Positions 59,539 to 64,000 of a stretch of DNA of 64,000 nt are shown here, one piece after another. The stretch's first letter is position 1, and every line of letters begins with the position of its first letter. Source of the stretch: a virus; the IMG/VR virus record IMGVR_UViG_3300024319_000003, positions 64,001 through 128,000 of that record. The stretch is one strand, 5' to 3'. The notes beneath the pieces were generated by a model. That model saw only the letters and a program-made list of their open reading frames with translations, was not told where the DNA came from and did not search any database. Both the position numbers and the translations under genes were made by a program.

Positions 59539-60681
59539 ATGGCTTCTCATTTAGGACCAAATATAATTGAAGAAGGGTTAGTAGTTGGATATGATACCGG
59601 CTACCCGTTAGTGGGTACTTCTAGAGATGTCTTTAAATTTAATAAAGGTAAACCAACAACAAATTTACTTACACAAACAGGAGCACAATCTTTAGATGTC
59701 CGTACAGATATATACAACAATACAACAAAGACTGATCTTGGAGGCGGTAAATTTAAATTCGTTAATGACGGAACAGGTGGATCAACCATTAGACTATACA
59801 CAAACGTTAATGATCTAACTGATAATGCAATTTACGGATGTAGTGTTAATTATGAAAACTTTAACCCTGGAGTAGGAACTGCCGTTATTTTAGATTGGTG
59901 TGATGTAAACAACACAGCATTTTCAGTAGCAAACTTTGGTTCTTCTAATAGGGTGTTTATGTCAGGTTCTAGATCTGAGTATAACTCTACATATCGGTTT
60001 CTAGATATATCAGTACCAGTAAGTTCATCTATTACGTTATTTAATGCACAAGTAGAATTAGGGGTACCTTCACCATTCACAGATGATATAAGATCAGTAT
60101 CTGGATCGTTGATAGATTTAAAAAGATCAAAAGATATAAACGTAAGTAATGTAAGTTTTAACAGTAATGCACAAATAGCTTTTGATGGAACAAACGATTC
60201 TATAGAAATAGCTGATTCAAACGATTTAGATTTAACATCAAACCTATCTTTTGAATTTATAGTAAAAGCAGATTCATCTCAAAGTAACCCTTACCCGAGA
60301 TTACTAGATAAAAGTGTTTACTTAGTACACCTTAGTGTGTCATCACCATTTTCTATCGCACAAAATATATCAACATCAGATGGTCTGAGGCAGGTAAATG
60401 TAGGGAGTGCGTTTCCATCAGATAAATGGACTCATATAATTACATCATACGACGGACAAAACGGTAGGATATATGTTAATGGAAGTTTAGTAGCAACAAA
60501 TAGCTGGAGTACAACATTGCCCTGTAACACAAACAGTGCTACATTAAAAATAGGAGGAGATGGAGGAACAAATAGACCGCTTAATGGAGAGTTACCCATA
60601 GCTAAGATTTATAACAAAGTATTAACTGCAGAAGAAGTATTAAATAGTTTTAATAGTTTACGACATAGATTTGAATTGTAA
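59539..60681 (+). CDS. LamG domain protein, paralogue 6
   Basis: GYDTGYP...GKPTTN; FDGTND; WTHII; IYVNG; IYNKVL. Confidence 0.8.
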   Translation: MASHLGPNIIEEGLVVGYDTGYPLVGTSRDVFKFNKGKPTTNLLTQTGAQSLDVRTDIYNNTTKTDLGGGKFKFVNDGTGGSTIRLYTNVNDLTDNAIYGCSVNYENFNPGVGTAVILDWCDVNNTAFSVANFGSSNRVFMSGSRSEYNSTYRFLDISVPVSSSITLFNAQVELGVPSPFTDDIRSVSGSLIDLKRSKDINVSNVSFNSNAQIAFDGTNDSIEIADSNDLDLTSNLSFEFIVKADSSQSNPYPRLLDKSVYLVHLSVSSPFSIAQNISTSDGLRQVNVGSAFPSDKWTHIITSYDGQNGRIYVNGSLVATNSWSTTLPCNTNSATLKIGGDGGTNRPLNGELPIAKIYNKVLTAEEVLNSFNSLRHRFEL

Positions 60682-60694
60682 GTATTAATGTAAC

Positions 60695-60702
60695 TATTTA
60701 TT
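60695..60702 (+). promoter_or_regulatory. Putative late promoter TATTTATT
   Basis: Intergenic, upstream of the last fibre gene. Confidence 0.5.
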
Positions 60703-60737
60703 ATAGACCTTTTGGAAAATGAAAAAAGGATATTATT

Positions 60738-63700
60738 ATGGCAAACGAATTTAAAGTAAAAAAAGGACTGATCGTTGATGGATCAGGCTCAGTAGTATTA
60801 GATGTCCGTGGTTCTCATGGACAATTATTTTCTGTAACAGACTCTCTTTCAGGATCGTTATTCGGTATATCAGATATATCCGGTATTCCTATCTTTGAAG
60901 TCTTTTCTGATGACACTATTAAAATGGGTACTCATGGAGCAGAAGCTATAATAATATCCGGTAGTACAGCTACCATATCTAACGGAATTCTTTCTGGTTC
61001 ATTTTCTGGTTCTTTTGTAGGAGATGCATCAGGATTGACAGGTCTTTCATCAGGAGCAGTTACTGCAATTAATAATGCGACTGCTAATGAATTAGTAACC
61101 GTTGGGTCTACCACAACAGAATTAGATGCTGAAGCAAATCTTACTTTTAACGGAACACTATTAGATGTAACCGGTAATATAGCTTCATCAGGAACTGGTT
61201 CATTTGAAAAATTAAATATAGGAGCTACGCAAGGTTCTTACTTATTAAATGTAGGAGGTTACACAAGAGCAGGAGGCGTAGACTTACTAAATGGAGTTGT
61301 ATACACAAACGCTGCTAGGATAACTAGTATAGAGGATAAAGTAAATAATACCTATTCCTCAATATCATTTGCAGGAGCAACAAGAAGTATAACTTTCATG
61401 ACAAGTGGAAGTAATAGAATGGTAATAAACTCCGATGGTGATGTTAATGTATTGGGCGGTGCTTTATCCATATCTGGTGACGGTAGCAACGCGGTAACAT
61501 TTACAGAAAGTAGTGCTGGAATTATGACCATTGCAGCTCCAGACGATATAATATTAGATGCTGGAGGCGATATAGCTTTTGACGCGGCTGGTAACGATAT
61601 TAGATTAAAAGCAGCAGGAACAAATTTCGGTACGTTTACAAAAAGTGGAAATCATTTTTTAATAACTTCTAATGTTACAGATGGTGATATAAAGTTTTAT
61701 GGAAATGATGATGGAACATCTGTAAACGCGCTTACTCTTGATATGTCAGACGGTGGTTCTGCTTTATTTAGCCACAACATAGGTCTTCCTTCTGGTGGTG
61801 AGCTTGATTTTGCTGCAGGCGATGTTAAATTTGTACATAGTAGTAATAAATTAACCTTAAATGGAGGAGAGTTAATGGTTAACTCAACACTCGGGGTTAA
61901 TACAACATCAGTTAATTCTGCGAATAAGCTAGAGGTTCACGGACAAGCCAGAATAGACGGAAAGATGATGATTGGCGATAGCACCCTAAGTAATGCTGTT
62001 AACGCTGCTGTACAATTACAGATTAAAAACGCTGGTCAAGCAGGTATCAGGTTAGAAGACTCAGACAGTAATAATTTAGCGTTTGACCTTATTGTAGACG
62101 AGGGCGTAGGGTTTTTAATAAAAGAAACTGTAGGTGGAGATGCTGGAGATGATATTAGACTTACAATAGCTGAATCTACCGGGGATGCAACTTTTTCCGG
62201 TAAGATAAGCGGTACAGAATTAGAAGGTACTAGCTTAGATATAAACGGTAATGCTGATATAGGAGGCAATTTGACATTATCATCAGGGGGTAATATTTTC
62301 GGTAGCACTGGTGATTTTATAATACAAAATAATGCTGGCGCTCAATTTGATCTTAAATCAAATCAAGGTATAAGATTATTTATTGATGCAAATAATGACG
62401 ACAACACCCGTAAATTTGAAATACTTTCTAATACAGGTAGTTATAATTCTGCTAACGTAGTTGCTAGTGTTAATCAAAGTGGTAATGCAATTTTTGAAGG
62501 AACCATAGATGGAGGAGCTATAACATCGACCGGTAAGATAAGCGGTACGGAATTAGAAGGTACAAGTTTAGACATTAACGGTAATGGTAATTTATCAGGA
62601 ACACTTACAATACCTGGTGGTTTTGCAACTACTATACTAGACGGTGATAATGTTGTTGTTAAAAAACCTGACTACTCAAGTGGTGGTTGGGCAAGAGCAT
62701 TGATGAATTTTAAAGAACACGATAACACATCTTTATATGCGATAGGAGCTTACGGAAGTAATAATACATTTAGCTATGGGTATATAGGTACCGCTTACAA
62801 CGACACTACTATGAGATGGGCAGCTGATAAAACTGTTACTTTTGGAGGTAACGTTACGGCTGGTAGCAACTCTTTAACGGCTGGTGCTTTAGACATAAAC
62901 GGTGATGCCGATATATCTGGAACGCTGACATTGGGAACTGCTTTAGCAGTTGCTGAAGGAGGAACTGGAGCAACAGCAAGTACATTGTGGTTAAACTCAA
63001 ATGCTTTTTCTAATTTTGCAGTATCAACAGCTGATTATGATACCATTACAACTAGAGGTCTTTATAGATTTCAAGGAACCACAAACGGACCTTTCGGCAC
63101 TTCCCATACTACAGGACTAACACTTACAGAAGGTAGTGGTAATTACGGATGGCAGATGACTTCTAACAGTAGTGCTAATAATGGAGAGGGGTTAGCATAT
63201 AGGTATAGAGGTACGAGTTGGGGACCATGGCAAACACTAGTTACTAAAACATTTGGAGATGGCAGGTATGCAACACTAGCTTCAGGAAGTTTAGCAGGAA
63301 CAGCAGTACAGCCGAATACTTCTCCAACATTTGACGACTTAACAGTAACCGGTAACCTTGTAATTACAGGAACAGTAGACACTTATAACGTAAATAATTT
63401 AAATGTAGTTGATAAACTTATTATCCTTGGAGCAGGACAAACAGAAGCAAACTCAGGAGGTTCAGGTATATTTGTATCTGGTTCAAGTGCTAGTATACTA
63501 TGGGATGAAACTAATAATACCTGGGACTTTAATAAAAGCTTAGACATAATCGGTAATCTGACCACTTCAGGAAACATTACAGGAGGGGGATTAACACTTA
63601 ATGGAAGTTTATCTAGAGGAACTTATGTTGCCTCATCTAACTACCATACAGGATCAGATAACATTGTATTAAAAGGAAACTCTGTAGGGATAAGCGGTAT

Positions 63701-64000
63701 ATTCTTCGAATCAGAAAAAGATGGTACTAACATTAACCATAGTACTGATTTTGGATTTATACAATACCATGCCTACGGTACAGGGACATCTGGAGAAAAT
63801 GCTGAATTAATAGTAGGTGTTTCAAACGACAGTACAGATCACGTAATACTTAACGCTCCACACGCAGAAGGATTCAGGGTAAGAGTTGGTGCTAGTGAAA
63901 CAGACTATAAGATCTTCCACGAAGGACATAAACCAGTCTATAGTGAAATATCAGGAACAGTTCCAACTTGGAATCAAGATACAACAGGAACTGCAGATAA
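60738..64000 (+). CDS. Tail fibre-like protein, 3'-truncated by the window (absent from the ORF track)
   Basis: ATG at 60738 gives MANEFKVKKGLIVDGSGSVVLDVRGSHGQLFSVTDSLSGSLF...; the same frame reads ...VPTWNQDTTGTAD at the window end; G/S/T-rich with LDING repeats. Not every codon in between was checked. Confidence 0.75.
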   Translation, partial: MANEFKVKKGLIVDGSGSVVLDVRGSHGQLFSVTDSLSGSLFGISDISGIPIFEVFSDDTIKMGTHGAEAIIISGSTATISNGILSGSFSGSFVGDASGLTGLSSGAVTAINNATANELVTVGSTTTELDAEANLTFNGTLLDVTGNIASSGTGSFEKLNIGATQGSYLLNVGGYTRAGGVDLLNGVVYTNAARITSIEDKVNNTYSSISFAGATRSITFMTSGSNRMVINSDGDVNVLGGALSISGDGSNAVTFTESSAGIMTIAAPDDIILDAGGDIAFDAAGNDIRLKAAGTNFGTFTKSGNHFLITSNVTDGDIKFYGNDDGTSVNALTLDMSDGGSALFSHNIGLPSGGELDFAAGDVKFVHSSNKLTLNGGELMVNSTLGVNTTSVNSANKLEVHGQARIDGKMMIGDSTLSNAVNAAVQLQIKNAGQAGIRLEDSDSNNLAFDLIVDEGVGFLIKETVGGDAGDDIRLTIAESTGDATFSGKISGTELEGTSLDINGNADIGGNLTLSSGGNIFGSTGDFIIQNNAGAQFDLKSNQGIRLFIDANNDDNTRKFEILSNTGSYNSANVVASVNQSGNAIFEGTIDGGAITSTGKISGTELEGTSLDINGNGNLSGTLTIPGGFATTILDGDNVVVKKPDYSSGGWARALMNFKEHDNTSLYAIGAYGSNNTFSYGYIGTAYNDTTMRWAADKTVTFGGNVTAGSNSLTAGALDINGDADISGTLTLGTALAVAEGGTGATASTLWLNSNAFSNFAVSTADYDTITTRGLYRFQGTTNGPFGTSHTTGLTLTEGSGNYGWQMTSNSSANNGEGLAYRYRGTSWGPWQTLVTKTFGDGRYATLASGSLAGTAVQPNTSPTFDDLTVTGNLVITGTVDTYNVNNLNVVDKLIILGAGQTEANSGGSGIFVSGSSASILWDETNNTWDFNKSLDIIGNLTTSGNITGGGLTLNGSLSRGTYVASSNYHTGSDNIVLKGNSVGISGIFFESEKDGTNINHSTDFGFIQYHAYGTGTSGENAELIVGVSNDSTDHVILNAPHAEGFRVRVGASETDYKIFHEGHKPVYSEISGTVPTWNQDTTGTAD
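62197..62586 (+). repeat. Direct repeat inside the fibre gene (62197-62230 and 62530-62563)
   Basis: CCGGTAAGATAAGCGGTACRGAATTAGAAGGTAC with 1 mismatch in 34 nt; encodes GKISGTELEGTSLDING. Confidence 0.75.

Noticed and set aside
195-63577. All minus-strand ORFs in the track (e.g. 11079-11489, 19462-19914, 43085-43564)
   Set aside because: They lie antisense to well-supported + strand genes, have shadow-ORF composition (S/L/F/P-rich) and show no motifs.
36777-64000. Diversity-generating retroelement or invertase shufflon for the fibre/LamG genes
   Set aside because: No reverse transcriptase or recombinase in the window, no template/variable repeat pair differing at adenines, and no inverted cassettes. 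Such an element elsewhere in the genome cannot be excluded.
1-64000. Stop-codon reassignment, introns or inteins
   Set aside because: Core genes (terminase, portal, MCP, primase) are uninterrupted and of ordinary length in the standard code, and TAA, TAG and TGA all end genes.
1-64000. tRNA or rRNA genes
   Set aside because: Intergenic gaps are short and I found no cloverleaf or T-loop signature by eye.

Overview
The window is a 64-kb AT-rich segment of a large tailed dsDNA phage of the T4-like superfamily, with every credible gene on the + strand. From left to right it contains: baseplate/tail-collar genes (<2-3452); a mixed accessory region (3.5-20.8 kb) with a GIY-YIG-like nuclease, DNA primase, PD-(D/E)XK exonuclease, HAD nucleotidase and many unknown or enzyme-like ORFs; a head module (terminase large subunit, gp20-like portal, gp21-like prohead protease, scaffold, gp23-like major capsid protein); PhoH; neck and tail-completion genes; and a large adsorption region with long VGIGT-repeat fibres, six LamG paralogues and a fibre gene running off the right end. 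A Bacteroidota (Flavobacteria-like) host is inferred from a TTG-N20-TATATT promoter, A-rich start regions without Shine-Dalgarno sequences and a lipoprotein gene. The strongest candidate for an undescribed system is a set of about 15 ORFs that share a short N-terminal leader ending in hydrophobic-x-Glu, plus several large mosaic ORFs with such sites between modules. These resemble T4 capsid-targeting/gp21 cleavage signals and suggest a packaged, protease-processed cargo (mini kinase, zeta-like kinase, nucleotidyltransferase, HEXXH peptidase, nucleases, HiPIP-like protein). Two promoter classes separate these ORFs from the replication genes. All family assignments come from motif recognition by eye; no searches were run.
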